DNA of 64,000 nt from the human T2T-CHM13v2.0 reference genome, Homo sapiens. Both the position numbers and the translations under genes were made by a program. Of this stretch, positions 27,539 to 41,234 are shown piece by piece (position 1 is the stretch's first letter; every line of letters begins with the position of its first letter). Below the pieces are notes generated by a model that saw only the letters and a program-made list of their open reading frames with translations, ran no database searches and had not been told where the DNA came from. The stretch lies in assembly GCF_009914755.1 (NCBI RefSeq), contig NC_060935.1; one strand, 5' to 3'.

Positions 27539-29223
27539 CTAAAAGTATTCACTGAAGCATATGTTTCTTGGTTGTTAATAGTTGTTTCAAAAAAGAAAAT
27601 ATGTGTGTATTCATTCTTAAAATACATTCAATTTTGGTTGTAATTTTTGACTGCACAATCCATTCGATGGAAAAACAAGATAGATAGCTAAGATGTCTGT
27701 GATTTTTATGGCTTCCTGTTTATTCACCGGCCTCCTAATTTCTTTTCGCCTACACAGTTACTGAGGGGAATTAAGGCTTCTGTTCAATCTGGCATGCAGG
27801 AATAACTTCTTCAAATAGGTTTTGCTTTGTGATACTGAAAATGCATCACTGGTGTAACTTTTTAATCAAAACTTATTTCCAAAGTCATTTTAAGGCACAA
27901 ATTAAACTGGTCTAAATAATGGGCCAATTTTAACATTAGATTGTCTTTCAGAGACTCAGTGAAATGAAACGGAAGGCTGAATCTTAGCCCTTAAAACATC
28001 ATTGGTTAAATGAAGCAAGATCAGACAATAGGGAGGTAAGCATAGTATTTCACAGCGGGGTGAGTTAGGGAATTCTGTCCTCAGAGCTTCCAACCCAATT
28101 TTTAAAAATCAATTTACAAGTAAATTTGATGTCAGAGGCGTGGGAATCCTACTGATACTCATTAAAACTGCTTCCTAAGGAGGATAGGGTAAGAGTTTGG
28201 TTGAGTTCTTTAAATAAAGAACATGAACCTTTGAACGGAAGCAAAAAAACTTTTAGTTTTCTAAATCAGCTTTATTTAGACCTGCTGAGTTGATTTTTAC
28301 TTGCTGATGAGGCGCCAGGTTTTAAAAGCTCCTAAGTGGTCAAGGTGAGTGCCTACATTTATCACAATTCCAGACACATTCTCAGCTTCCCATTTTCTAT
28401 ATTAAAGAGAAAGATATCTTTCTAAGCTTGAAGCCCGCAATGACAACAAAGCAGAGGTGCTGAGCAGAATATTAACTGCTAAGGGCTAAACTCACCCTAA
28501 GGTGATGACTCTTAGTTCGTACTGAATTCAATTAGACCAGCTTCATTTTCATCATTAAATTATTTTGACAAAAGTCCTACAGCCTCTAACGGAAGAGCCA
28601 GCCTTCAATATAATTCACAGAGGAAATGTCCTTGTTTAGTAAGTCAAGGAATAAGTGGAGTTAGAAGGAACCTCTAGCGAAACACCTCATCTATTGCTTG
28701 CTGTCCTCACTACCATATCTTGGGTAAATGAATTTCAGTATTCATAAATCATGCTTTGCAAATTGATATCGAATCTCTCCTAGAGCATGTCACATGACAA
28801 TCTGCTGTTGCAAGGGTATTAAGTAAGCTTGCATAAAATAGACATTGTGGAATACTTGGTGGCCATTGTAATAGATGACTGACCTCCAAGAAGCTGAAGT
28901 GTATTAATATTTAGCCCAGATGAGTTATTCAGAAACCACTGGAATTTTACAATATGCTGGACCTGCCACTGTAATCATGAATTCAGGCCCTGTATGAATT
29001 TATTGTGCTTATGAGTATCCACTGAGTACACATGAACATGGCTTTCTCTGTAATTCACATCGTAAAAGACAAAGTGGACTTAGCCCCTCCTAGTAAGCAA
29101 CATAAAAAATTTTATAAAAAGTTTGTGGCATATTAAAGGAAATAGTACACTCGAATCCTCTGTGGAGTCAGGTGAAATAATACAAATAAACAAGGGTCAT
29201 ATATACATATATACACACAGCCT

Positions 29224-29225
<2 letters not shown>

Positions 29226-29280
<55 letters not shown>
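29226..29280. repeat. Perfect (TA)~27 microsatellite with CA-rich flanks
   Basis: Direct read. Confidence 0.95.
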
Positions 29281-29289
<9 letters not shown>

Positions 29290-29587
29290 GCACACATACA
29301 ACTGCCTCCATTTAAAACATGACTAGCACTTACTATGTCCGAGATATTTTGGTTAGAGTTCTTGAATATAACACCTCTTACAATCTTTTTATCAACCCTG
29401 TATGGTATTTATTCATATTATGTCACAAATGAAGAATTTAAATCATTTACTCAAAGTGATATGGCCAGAAAATAAAACCAGGATCAATCCTTTGTCTTCT
29501 AATTTCAGATCTAGTGCTCTTTCCCCTGTATCTTACCAATTAAATTAGAATATTTTACTTAATTAAAATTAGCCATTTATGGGTCAC

Positions 29588-29719
29588 CAATTTTCCAAGG
29601 ATTTAGAAAAATATATTTAATAATAAAATCTGTGATAATTGCAAATATATCTTCTCTGATGAACTGGCTCTTTTGGAGCTGAGTGTTAAATTTGGAACAT
29701 GGTTTATACTGCTGCAGTC
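29588..29719 (-). pseudogene. Candidate relic exon (132 nt, phase 1-1, open): LQQYKPCSKFNTQLQKSQFIREDIFAIITDFIIKYIFLNPWKI
   Basis: Acceptor ctgtctatatcaacag, donor TTG|gtgacc. Confidence 0.45.
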
Positions 29720-31479
29720 CTGTTGATATAGACAGTGCAGAATGCTTAATCTAAATCTGTACAGGCCCAGAACAGTCCCTAGTAATTTGATTGCATTTTT
29801 CTTTATTTCAAAAAAAATCCAAATTGCCCATATTTATTTATCATTGACCACAAAAACAGGGAGTGTAGGGAGTTCAGTTATTAGAATTCTTCCATTACTC
29901 AAATGCTGGGCAAATAAAATGTGAGAGCACCTTGAGGCTGAGAACTTTGTTTTATTTTTATCTGTTCCTTTGTACCCCACAAAGTCGGAGTATATAAAAG
30001 ATGCTAAATAAGTATTTTTTGAATGAATGAATGAACAAGAGCCAGTGGTATAAAGTCATACTTGGGGCCTCATGAGAGCCCATGATTGGACAGACAACAT
30101 TTACATGCAAAGCAAACTCTATAGTGCCCTAGCATGTGAACACAATTAAAGCTCATTGTAAAATTAATAGCAAACATTTATATGATATGTTCTATTTGCC
30201 AGGCACTACTTTAAACCCTTTAAATACATTTAGGTATTTATTCTTCAAAAAATCTCCTGAGTATATTTTAAAATTATATGTGTAATTAAATATGCATGTC
30301 TCTCTCTTCTTCTCCTTGATATTAGGATGCTTAAAATAAGAGAATAAGCCTCGTTCATCTATAATTCAAGCCTCTTCCACAGTGCTTGGCATGTAGTATA
30401 TATTGGGTAAGTAAATAAATTCATGAGTAAATGATTTTTCTCTGTGGGAAAGGCACATTGATCAGGTCACAGTCATAAGTGTCTTCTACACTATGCCTAG
30501 GAGAATACTATTGTTTGAATTGTAACTACTCATATATGTCATAACTGTAACACTCATACTTATTTCTGCAAATCTGCAATTTACTAAACGACAGAGCCAT
30601 TTAGAATCACTCCCTAACTTACCAGCATGGCAAGCCCTTTGAGCGTGTACTCTACGGGATCAAAAACCATAACTGCCCAAAAGACATGCAGCTTCTATTT
30701 TCATTGACCAAGAATAGAATTAATAGTTAATGCTAAGTCAATAAAGAGGATGGCAAGCTGAAATTCATAGACATCTCAGAGATTCAGAAAGTTGAGAGGG
30801 TAGGCTAATCTTAGATTTGTGGCCAGAATTTGCTTACTGGAGGAATAGGTTAATAAATGTCAATATTTGAGTTGACAAATATTAAAAGACAAAAATCGCT
30901 GGGACTGTCTGAAATCAAAACTGGAAGAACACAGCCCAGTGATAAGATCTTGAGGTTAAATACGAGTAGACTTGGAGAAGTTCTTTAGGCAGGAGGTGTT
31001 TTTGCCCGCACTCAGTAGTAGGAGGAGGCCAATTGGATGCAGACACATACCAATTAAAGGCCATTATGGAGGGACTGTCAATGTGATGTGATAGATGAAG
31101 AAGATGCAAATGAAGAAAAACAATCAGGATTTGGTGAATGAATGGAAATGAATGGTAAAAGGCAAATGGAGAATCAAGGATAATTCTAGTGAAACTGCTA
31201 AGAATTTCAAGACTCAGTGATCGGGAGGAACAGCAAAAATGGGGAACGCTGGAAGAAATGCTAGTTTAAGGGAAAAATGATAAGCCTCTGTGTAATTATG
31301 TTAAGTGTGTGATGATTCATCTGAAAGCACACAGAGCAGGAGATCAAAAGGCTCAGACTTATCCCTTGGAGTCAACTGGATCATGAGAGAATGGGGTATT
31401 TTAATATCATCTATGTGAAGGAAGAGGAAACTTCAAAGAATTTCTCAATTATCAGATGACTACTTTCAGGAAATACTTT

Positions 31480-32790
31480 TTTTACTGTATAAAGTCAAGT
31501 TGGTGTTCAATAAGATATTTTGATATACATATATACAGTGAAATAATTACTAGAGATAAGCAATTTAATATAACCATCATCTCATAGCCCTTTTTTATTT
31601 GCATTAAGAGCATCTAAAATCTTACAGAATTTCCAGAATATAGTATCATTAAAGATACTCTTCATACTATATATATGTACATACCATGTTTTCTTTATCC
31701 GTTCATCCACCAATGGTCAATTAGATTGCTTCCAAATCTTGGCAATTGTGAATAATGCTGCAATGATCATGGGAGGGCAGTTATTTCTATGAGGTGCTGT
31801 TTTCATTTTTTGGGAGGTGTATACCTAGAAAATTGCTAGGTCATAAGGTCTAAGTTTAATTTTTTTAGGAATTTCCATACTATTTTTTATAATGGCTGTA
31901 CCGATTTACATTCCCACCAACAGTGTACATGTGTTCCCTTTTCTTTACACCTTTGCAATGCTTATTTCGTGTTACTTTGATAATCGCCATCCTAACACAT
32001 GTGAGGTCACATCTCATTATGGTGTTTATTTGCATTTCCCTGATGGCTAGTGATGTGCACTATTTCATATATCTGTTGGCCATTTGTATGTCTTCTTTGG
32101 AGAAATGTCTATTCAGGTTCTTCGTCCATTTTTTAATCAGGTTATTCATTTTTTTTGCTATTGAGTTATGTGAGTTCCTTATATATATTAGATATTAACC
32201 CCTTATCAGATACATGTTTCATGTATACCTTCCCTAAGTCTGTAGGCAGCCTCTTCACTTTGTTGACTGTTTCCTTTGTTCTGTAGACGTGTTTAGTTCA
32301 ATAAAGTCCCATTTGTTTACTTTTGCTTTTTTTGCCTGTGCTTTTGGTGTCCTAGTCAAAAAACTCATTGCCAAGACCAGTGTCCAGGAGCTTTTCCACT
32401 GTTTTCTCCTAGAGGTTTTATGGTTTCAGGTTTTATATTTAGGTCTTTACTTAATTATGAATTGATTTTTGTGTATGATGTAGAATAAGGGTACGGTTTT
32501 TTACTTTTGTATGTGGACATCTCATCTTCCCAACACCATTTATGGGAGAGACTATCCTTTCCCCATTGTGTCCTCCTTCGGTACTTGTCAAAATTAGTTG
32601 GCTATATATGTTTAGGTTTATTTCTGGCTTCTCAATTCTCTTCCATTGCTTTATGTGTCTGTTTTTATGCCATCCTGTTTTGATTACTATTCCTTTGTAA
32701 TATAATTTGAGATTGGGAAGTAGAATACCACAACTTTATTTCTTTTAGGGTCTCTGTGGCTATTTGGTGGTTTCATATAAATTTTAATGT
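31480..32790 (-). mobile_element. L1MA-type 3' fragment
   Basis: ttgtgaataatgctgcaatga, atttacattcccaccaacag, gtcttctttggagaaatgtctattcag. Confidence 0.85.
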
Positions 32791-33642
32791 GTCCAGATGA
32801 TTACCATTAGTATTTTTGTTTTAAAGGAAATTGGCCAGTCTCTGTCAACCTTGACCACCTAAATCCTCCATCTTCCCTCTAATGGAACATAAATATTGTG
32901 GAGTCAGTGGCTTCCTTTTGCTATTATTAATACATACCTAATATGGAATATCACCTGGCAGGTAGTAGATCTTCAACAATTTGTTAAGTGAAAAAAAAAA
33001 AATGGCAGAGGAAAGGAGGGAGAGAGGGAGAGAGAGGAGGGGGAAGAGGAAAAACATAAAATGGTGCTGGTTTATCGCAGACCAGGAAATAGACAACATA
33101 AGAATTACTTCTTCAAAGTTTTGCTTTAAAGTTCTCTTAATAGGATTAAAATATCTCAGGACACTATACAAAAGATGAAATAACACTGATTCTGATTTAG
33201 AAAGGAAAATGGTTTGTTTGCTATACTTTCTCCTCAAACACACATTACCCTTAGAAGTCTACTGTTGAAAACTGATAAAATATGGGAAATAATGGTCAGG
33301 CACCAAACCATTTAAAAGTACTTCAGTTATTTCATCTTTTCTCATACAACACTTATATGTACAAATAAAGATTCCAAACGCATTTTATTCCTCAGCTATT
33401 TCATTATACAAGGGGACCACTTAAGGGGACTTAAAGGTAAAAAATGAATGTTGTACTATCATAAAAAGTTAAAGTCAGCCCATCCATGGCTAAGGTGATA
33501 CAACTGTAGATAGTAAATATTCTTTTATTAATCTGTTTAAATGATCTGGAGATGAAATTTTCACAAAATAATCTTGCCTTTGTTTATTTGATATTATAGT
33601 TGCTTCTTTGACCAACTAGTCATAAGTAAATACAGAACTTAT

Positions 33643-33739
33643 CTTCTACCATGAGGAAAGTTCTATGAGGACAAAAGTTTATAGAAAACAAGTTCCTTTT
33701 TTCATTTAAAAATTCTGAAGAAGTATGAGGCCCAATCTT
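33643..33739 (-). pseudogene. Candidate relic exon with dead donor: KIGPHTSSEFLNEKRNLFSINFCPHRTFLMVE
   Basis: Acceptor catttcattaaatgcag; ends AAG|ataagt, one G>A change from a consensus gtaagt donor. Confidence 0.45.
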
Positions 33740-34214
33740 CTGCATTTAATGAAATGTTTAAAACTCAGTTTCAACTAATGTCCTTTTTTAAATGGAGGTT
33801 ATATTCACAATTTTTGAAATATATTAATTTTTAGTGCTTAATTTCAATATTTCTTCCAATGTCTAAACTCTTATCATTTCAATATATAATAAATGTATTT
33901 TTAATTGCTAATGAGATATTTTACATTATTTCATTCATTTGAAGTCTTAGCCATTTGGTGTGTATTTTACATTTACACCATGTCTCAATTCAGACTGACT
34001 ACACAGGGGCCCACCAGCTACAGGTAACTGGTGGCTATTTCACTAGATGGTATATTCTCTACAACAGAGGGAAGGAAGACTTCACCTTCTTCTCTTCTCA
34101 TTCCTCACTATCACACAAATATCTATTAAGCACCCACCCTGTATCTGATACTGAAGATAAAATTTGGGGGAAAAATCAAATGAGGACCTCAAATTCTCCC
34201 ATTTGAAGAATACT

Positions 34215-34633
34215 ATATGGAGATATTGAATATACAAATAGGCAATGGCAAGACCATATATGATCATAACAGTCTCACCCACAACCTCTGGCAGCAAGCA
34301 ACCAGTGAGAGAAGCCAGACCATAACCTCTGCAGCGATTGGCCTAGAGCGATCAGGACTTTGTCAGTGTCCTTCAGCTTTCATTATTTTTGCCTCTTCTC
34401 CCAATTCAAGACCAATCAGAGAAAGCCAAATATACTCCCAAACCAATTAGATAAGATAATCTGCTTCTATGCAGACCCCCACAGCTTCCTCATATCAGGA
34501 CCTCCAATCAGGGGATAACTGCAGCCTTTCCTTTTCTTTTACTATAAAGATTTCCCCTTCTCCTGTATGCCTTTTACTCTGTGATGCCCTTCCAAGCTTT
34601 GAATAAAGAGCCTCTTTTGGTTCTCGTATGAAT
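34215..34633 (+). mobile_element. ERV1 solo LTR (LTR37-like)
   Basis: agaccatatatga, cataacctctgcagcgattggcctagagcgatcaggactt, CCAAT boxes, ctataaa, aataaa, ends ttccaca. Confidence 0.7.
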
Positions 34634-36163
34634 ACTCTTTATTTATTTCCACAAAATCTTTGATTGTTCCTTTTACAATGACTAAAATAATCAAACATTC
34701 TCTTAATTTTCCCTGTGGGTTCAGGTTTTCATTTTATTTGCATCATTCATTCATGCAATGAATGACTCTTTGCTGTGCTCTACTAGGTGCCAGCCACTGT
34801 GCTGAATCTTAGAAACTAAGTAAGGGACCAGAGATTCAATCTTTTCCCTCAGGAAACTTAGAGCTGAGCAAAGGTACACACACAAGTAAATGTTTAATAA
34901 GTTGTACTAAACACTATAAAGGAAAAATGCACGGTGAATGAAAGTCTATAATGGGACCTCAACATTTTAATTTTCATAAGATCTGAATGCCAATTCTTTG
35001 CAAGAAAAAAACTTTTATCCTGCCACTTACTTGAACCTCAACAAATGCTTGGCAAAATAAAAAATATTATTGTCTCAGCAGACTTGCACACTGAAGATCA
35101 GACATTTTTCCTTATCTCCCTATTTTCTTATCCCGTTTTGCTTATTTCTCATGAAGTACATTAAATTTTACTGCAGTAAAACCTTTACCAGAATTTAACA
35201 ACTGAGGATTCTCAACATTCCTGAAAATTTTGTTCACTCTCAATGTTTATGCTAAAGAAGCCTAGAAAAACAAACAAACTATTCAGGATCTTGATGACCA
35301 GGACCTTATCTAGAAGAAAGGCAAAAGGAATTTCAAGAATGACAACAAAGAGAAGTCCTAAGATGAAAGCAGTGTAGCAGGCCCAGGGAAAAATCCTCCC
35401 AGTCTACAGAGTCAAGGGCTTGTTTTGGAGGAAAAAATAAATTGGAACTGAATGAGGCTCATAAGCGATTTACCTTGTGGAAAATTATACTAAGAAGCTC
35501 TTGAAAGGTATGGGAAGAATTAGAAATAGGTACAAAGTAAGCTATGCAAATGAAAAAGAAAATCATTATTACCTTCAGGGAAAGGAAGTATAACCTACTC
35601 AGCTGTGAGTAGCATTTGTATAAACATAGCATAAAGACTTAACTGATTATTAATTTAACCAATAATTATAATAAAACTATATGAGAAACCAAGTTTGTAT
35701 TTTCCTCACAGCAAATCAATAGGTGGCGTGGAAAACTGATGAACCAAAAAACAGACAACTACAGACACAAAATCCCAAGGCTAACATTAGGGAAAGATTC
35801 CTTAAATGGAGAAAATAGGAAGACAAGAGAAAGTTAGGAAACAATGTGGGTAAAATCAAGGTGCTGATGGTGACACAAAAATTATGATGGGAAAGTGACT
35901 AGTGTCATCTGTTACTGAACATCAAGTGCTCACACAGGGAATTGTAGAAGGCGAGGCAATCATTCTGTGGACTGTCTTGCATGCTAAAATAAAAAGTTTT
36001 AATGTTATCCCCTAGGTCCTAGAGAGCCACTGAAGGCTTGAATAGAGGAGCAACATGATGAAACCAATGTTCAGAATCAGGATCTGACCTCAGTATGTTA
36101 AATGATTTGGAGAAGGGAGAAAGTAGAAACTGAAAAATTACTTTGAAGTTATGTGTTTTAATT

Positions 36164-37051
36164 TGAAGCAGGAAATTTTCCCTGCCCCCTTTGTAGGCAG
36201 GAACTGGGGTGCACGGGTGCTGGAACTTGCTGGCGCTTCAGTGCTGTAGGGGTGAACCCCACTCACTCAAGCCCATTGTGCTCAACCCCTCGCAGGAGAG
36301 AGCACACAGGTGCGCAAGTGCTGGAGCCAGGCAAATGTTTTTGGGCACTGGGAGGAGCAACACTCCATGCAGGCCCCAGAGCAGCGTCTAGTGGGGAGTA
36401 CCCACGACCCTCAAAGCCCCAGAAGAAGTGTTAAAGTGAGTGCTCTTTTAGCTTTTGCTCTCCCAGGAAGGCTTAAGTGCTAAACAGCTCAATGCGCCCT
36501 CTGCCTTTTTGGGTGAGGCAGTTGCTTTCTGCCAGCGATGGCAGAGAGGGTCAACGTGACAGCCTTCTGTATCTCGAGCTTTTGTCAGGCGTCAGGAAAA
36601 TTGGGTTGTATGAATGAATTGAAGGATAGTAAATGCAAGGATTTTATTGCCAATGGAAGTGGCTCTCAGTGGGAAGGGGAGCTGGAAAAGGGATGGAGCA
36701 GGAAGGTATTCTTCCCCTGAATTCTGGCCATCTCCGGCCAGACTCTTTTCCAAAGTCCCACCCTCAAGCTGTCCCTCTGAAGTCAAGCTGCTTCTCTCCA
36801 ACATTCAGCTGCTGCTTCTCCTTTTCACATATGGAGTCTTCTTCTTCCCTGCCAGCTGGGTCAGGGATTTTTGTGGGTACAGGATGGGGGCAGGGCAAGC
36901 CATGGGTGGTTTTAGAAAAGGCAACATTCAAGTGGGAAACCAGGGATATAAAGTTCTCACTTTGGGCCACAGTTCCAGGATTCAGGGTGGGACCTTTGCT
37001 GGGGACCCTGCCCTTTTCTACGTAGAATTTCTCTGCCTCCTGTCCCTATCA
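36164..37051 (-). mobile_element. ERV1 solo LTR, LTR1/LTR27/LTR28 family
   Basis: Minus strand starts tgatagggacaggaggcagagaaattct; GC-rich, 888 bp; 4-bp TSD aatt/gatt. Confidence 0.8.
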
Positions 37052-37838
37052 GATTGACACTATAGCCCCACACCCTCACAAACATATATGTATAGAAAAT
37101 CAAGACTTGAAATACTACAATTTACAAAACATATAAATGAATCAATACTTGAGAATTTCTTAATGGAGAATTTAATCTCCTATAGAGTACCAGTTAAGTG
37201 TTAGGCTTTCAACAAAACTGTTTAGCTTGCTCATCACTCTGATCACTGGATAATGTGACCCTGATCAAAGAGCAATTACATTGTGCTTAATAGATATCAC
37301 TCATCAAATGATAAAGGGCTATATTTTTTGTTGTTGCTACAGCAGACAGTTTATAATGTTTACTAGACATAGTGTTCTAAGCTTTGCATATATTAAGAGA
37401 TTTAATTCTTTAATAACTCTATGAGGTAGGTAATTCTCTTATTCCCATGTGAAAGGAAGTTAAGATACTTAAAGGTTAAATCACTCACCCAAGGTAACAT
37501 GGCCAAGTTAACGCTAAAGCTGAGATTTGGATTAAGGCAGGCTATTGCCAGACCTCACACTCTTAATCACTATATGAGGTTGCCTCTAAATGAAATATGT
37601 GAAAACTAAAAGTAAGATTTTTCCTGACCTCTTATTTTAGTTTGTCACTGTTTCATATAAGAAAAAAATACACAAGGGAGAAATTCTAGCTGAGCCTCAT
37701 TTTTCCTCATCTGTAAAATTATGAAAATAAAAATGTCACTGAGATGTTTTTGCCAGCATCATAGAAAATAGATGGAAGTAATGGCCCCAATTCTTTGCAT
37801 CTCCCTACGTCCATGCCTTCTCACTTGGCGTGGCCATA

Positions 37839-38247
37839 TGTTATGAGCTGAACTGTGTCTGCCCCTCCCTGCAAATTCCTATATTGAAGTCCTAATCCCC
37901 AGTACCTTAATAGATGTCTGTATTTTGAGATAAGGCCTTTGATGGGATGAGTAAGTTAAAATGAGATTGTAAGGGTGGGCCCTAATCTAATCTGACTGGT
38001 GTCCTTATAAGAAGAAGAAATGTGGACACAGAGAGATACCAGGCATGTAGGCACAGAGAAGAAAGACTGTGTGGACACAAGAAGGCAGCCATTTACAAGC
38101 CAACGAGAGAGCCCTCAGATGAAACTAAAATCACAAAACCCTTGATTTTAGACCTCTAGTCTCCAGAACTATGAGTAAATAAATTTATGTTGTTTAAACC
38201 ACCCAGTATGAGGTATTTTGTTATAGCAGCCCTGGCAGACCAATACA
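37839..38247 (+). mobile_element. MLT1B-like LTR nested in an older MLT1 (~37770-38600)
   Basis: tgttatgagctgaactgtgtc...agggtgggccctaatc...gttatagcagccctggcagaccaataca. Confidence 0.8.
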
Positions 38248-39092
38248 TTATGTAACTTGCTCTGATAATGTGATGTTAGTATATGTAACACAAACAGAAA
38301 CTGGAAAAGCACTTACATCTTTCCACTTGCCCTCATGCTTGTTCTCACCATCACTGTAATAACATGCCCAGTTACCCTTTAGAAGAATGAAAAACAAATA
38401 GAACAGAGCCGAGAAACCACAGCTAAATCTATCCTAGGTCATCCAACAGCTAGTCAACCACTAGATAAATGACCAAGAACAGGCAAGACCACACTTAGCT
38501 GAGTTCAAGCAAAAGCGCCAACAATGGACCTATGACCTAAATATATACTTATTGCTATAAACCACTGATTTGGGAGAGAGCATGTTGTAAGCATTATCAT
38601 GCCGATGGATAACCAATGCATGGAGGAGCTCCTGCCAGTGGGCTAACATCCATAGGAGCAGAGGGAGTCAATGTGCCATCATGGCAGAAGCCCTGGAACA
38701 GAGGATATCCATGTTGGGAGAGCCACAGAAAAGTGATTGCCAGGCCAGACCGGGGCTACAATGTCAGAAGGCCCATCTGTTCCCTGGGGCAGAGCACCAC
38801 TGTCTATCTTTGTGTTCCCATGGCTGACAAAGCTTTTGGCCTCAAGAAACAGTAAGAGATGCCGCATCTTCTGGCAATATCCCTGTAGCCCCCTCTACTG
38901 AGGAGGCTTCACAGAGTGCTCACTGTAAAGGAGAAATGTTTAAAGGAACTCCATTCATTATTGCAGAGCAAGTTTTGAAAAGTGTGGAGCTAACAGGTAT
39001 TAGATTGATAACTGGCACCCCAACTAAAACATAAACACCTACTAAGCATGAGGATTGAACACTTCAAGCAAAGAAATTATTTCAACAATAAC

Positions 39093-39215
39093 CGTAGATT
39101 TTATCTGGCTAAGATTTTTTAACCCAGAAAAGCAAATTTACCAATCTAACAAACTGAAGATAAGTGGTTTTGTTTCTGTACATCTTACGGCCTTCCCAAA
39201 TGTTGCACACATCAT
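39093..39215 (-). pseudogene. Candidate relic exon: [24 protein letters not shown](VNLLFWVKKS*PDKIY)
   Basis: Acceptor taatttaatttag; donor either TTG|gtaaat (39142) or ACG|gttatt (39093). Confidence 0.35.
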
Positions 39216-40579
39216 CTAAATTAAATTAGCAACTTATTGAATGGTTCTAACTTAACAAAACTTTCAATCAAAGCATAGTATATGATTATAACACAGATGA
39301 AATAAATAAAAATATACAAAAGTATAACACAGAGATATTGCAGACTTGGATATTGCAATAAAGCAAGTCACACAAATTTGTTTCCCAGTGCATATGAATG
39401 TTATATTTACACTATTCTGCAGTCTATTAAGTGTGCAATAGCATTTGTCTGGAAAAAAATGCACATATCTTAATGTAAAAATACTTTTTTGCTAAAAATG
39501 CTAATAATCATCTGAGCCTTCAGCAACATGTAATCTTTTTGGGGCAGAAGGTCTTGCCTTGATATTGTAGACTGCTGCTTGAACAGGATGGTGGTTGCTG
39601 AAGGCTGGGGTGGCTGTGGGAATTTCTTAAAATAAAACAACAGAAGAGTTTGCTGCATAGATTGACACCTCCTTTCATGAAAGATTCTTCAGTAGCATAC
39701 AATGCTGTTTGATAGCACTCTATCCACAGTGGAACTTTTTTCAAATTTGGGGTCATTTCTCTCAAACCCTACCACTGCTTTATCAACTAAGTTTATGCAA
39801 TCGTCTAAATCCTTTGTTATTATTTCAACAATATTCACAGCATCTTCACTAGGAGTCAATTCCACATGAAGAAACCACTTCATTTGCTCATTCATAAGAA
39901 TCAATCCCTCATTTATTCAAGTTTTATCGTGAAATTGCAGCAACTTGATTACATCTTAAGGCTCTACTTCTAATTCTAGTTCTCTTAATACATCCACCAC
40001 ATCTGCAGTCATTTCCTCCACTGAAGTCTTGAACCTCCAAGTCATCCATGAGGTCTGGAATCAACTTCTTCCAAACTCTGATTAATGTTAATATTTTGAC
40101 CTATTCTCATGTATCACAAATGTTCTTAACGGCAACTACAATGGTGAATCCTTTTCAGAAGATTTTCAATTTACTTTGGTCAGATCCATCAGAGGAATTA
40201 CTGTCTATGACAGTTACAGCCTTGCAAACTATATTTCTTAAATTGTGAGACTTGATAGTTAAAATTACTCCTAGATCAGTGAGCTGCAGAATGAATATTG
40301 TGTTAATAGATATGAAAACGCTGGGGGAGGAGCCAAGATGGCCAAAAAGGAACAGCTCCTGTCTACAGCTCCCGGCGTGAGCGACGCAGAAGACAGCAGA
40401 AGACGGGTGATTTCTGCATTTCCATCTGAGGTAGCGGGTTCATCTCACTTGGGAGTGCCAGACAGTGGGCGCAGGTCAGTGGGTGCGTGCACCGTGCGTG
40501 AGCCGAAGCAGGGCGAGGCATTGCCTCACTTGGGAAGCACAAGGGGTCAGGGAGTTCCCTTTCCAAGTCAAAGAAAGGG

Positions 40580-40920
40580 GTGACAGACGCACCTGGAAAA
40601 TCAGGTCACTCCCACCCGAATACAGCACTTTTCCGACCCACTTAAAAAATGGTGCACCACGAGATTATATCCCGCACCTGGCTCAGAGGGTCCTACGCCC
40701 ACGGAGTCTCGCTGACTGCTAGCACATCAGTCTGAGATCAAACTTCAAGGCTGCAGCGAGGCTGGGGGAGGGGCGCCTGCCATTGCCCAAGCTTGCTTAG
40801 GTAAACAAAGCAGCCGGGAAGCTCCAACTGAGTGGAGCCCACCACAGCTCAAGGAGGCCTGCCTGCCTCTGTAGGCTCCACCTCTGGGGGCAGGGCACAG
40901 ACAAACAAAAAGCAGTAACC
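40580..40920 (-). promoter_or_regulatory. L1 antisense promoter region with disabled ORF0 and intact splice donors
   Basis: ORF0 ATG at 40783 (MAGAPPPASLQP*SLISD*); donors CAG|gtgcgg (40678) and CAG|gtgcgt (40593). Promoter activity inferred from L1PA biology. Confidence 0.6.
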
Positions 40921-41234
40921 TCTGCAGACTTAAATGTCCCTGTCTGACAGCTTTGAAGAGAGCAGTGGTTCTCCCAGCACGCAGCTGGAGATCTGAGAAT
41001 GGGCAGACTGCCTCCTCAAGTGGGTCCCTGACCCCTGACCCCCAAGCAGCCTAACTGGGAGGCACCCCCCAGCAGGGGCACACTGACACCTCACACAGCA
41101 GGGTACTCCAACAGAACTGCAGCTGAGGGTCCTGTCTGTTAGAAGGAAAACTAACAAACAGAAAGGACATCCACACCGAAAACCCATCTGTACATCACCA
41201 TCATCAAAGACCAAAAGTAGATAAAACCACAAAG

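Noticed and set aside
36209-37057. Several 60-136 aa ORFs
   Set aside because: All lie inside the GC-rich ERV1 LTR.
39470-39904. Transposase-like peptides as a domesticated TIGD gene
   Set aside because: Frameshifted Tigger1 remnant interrupted by an L1.
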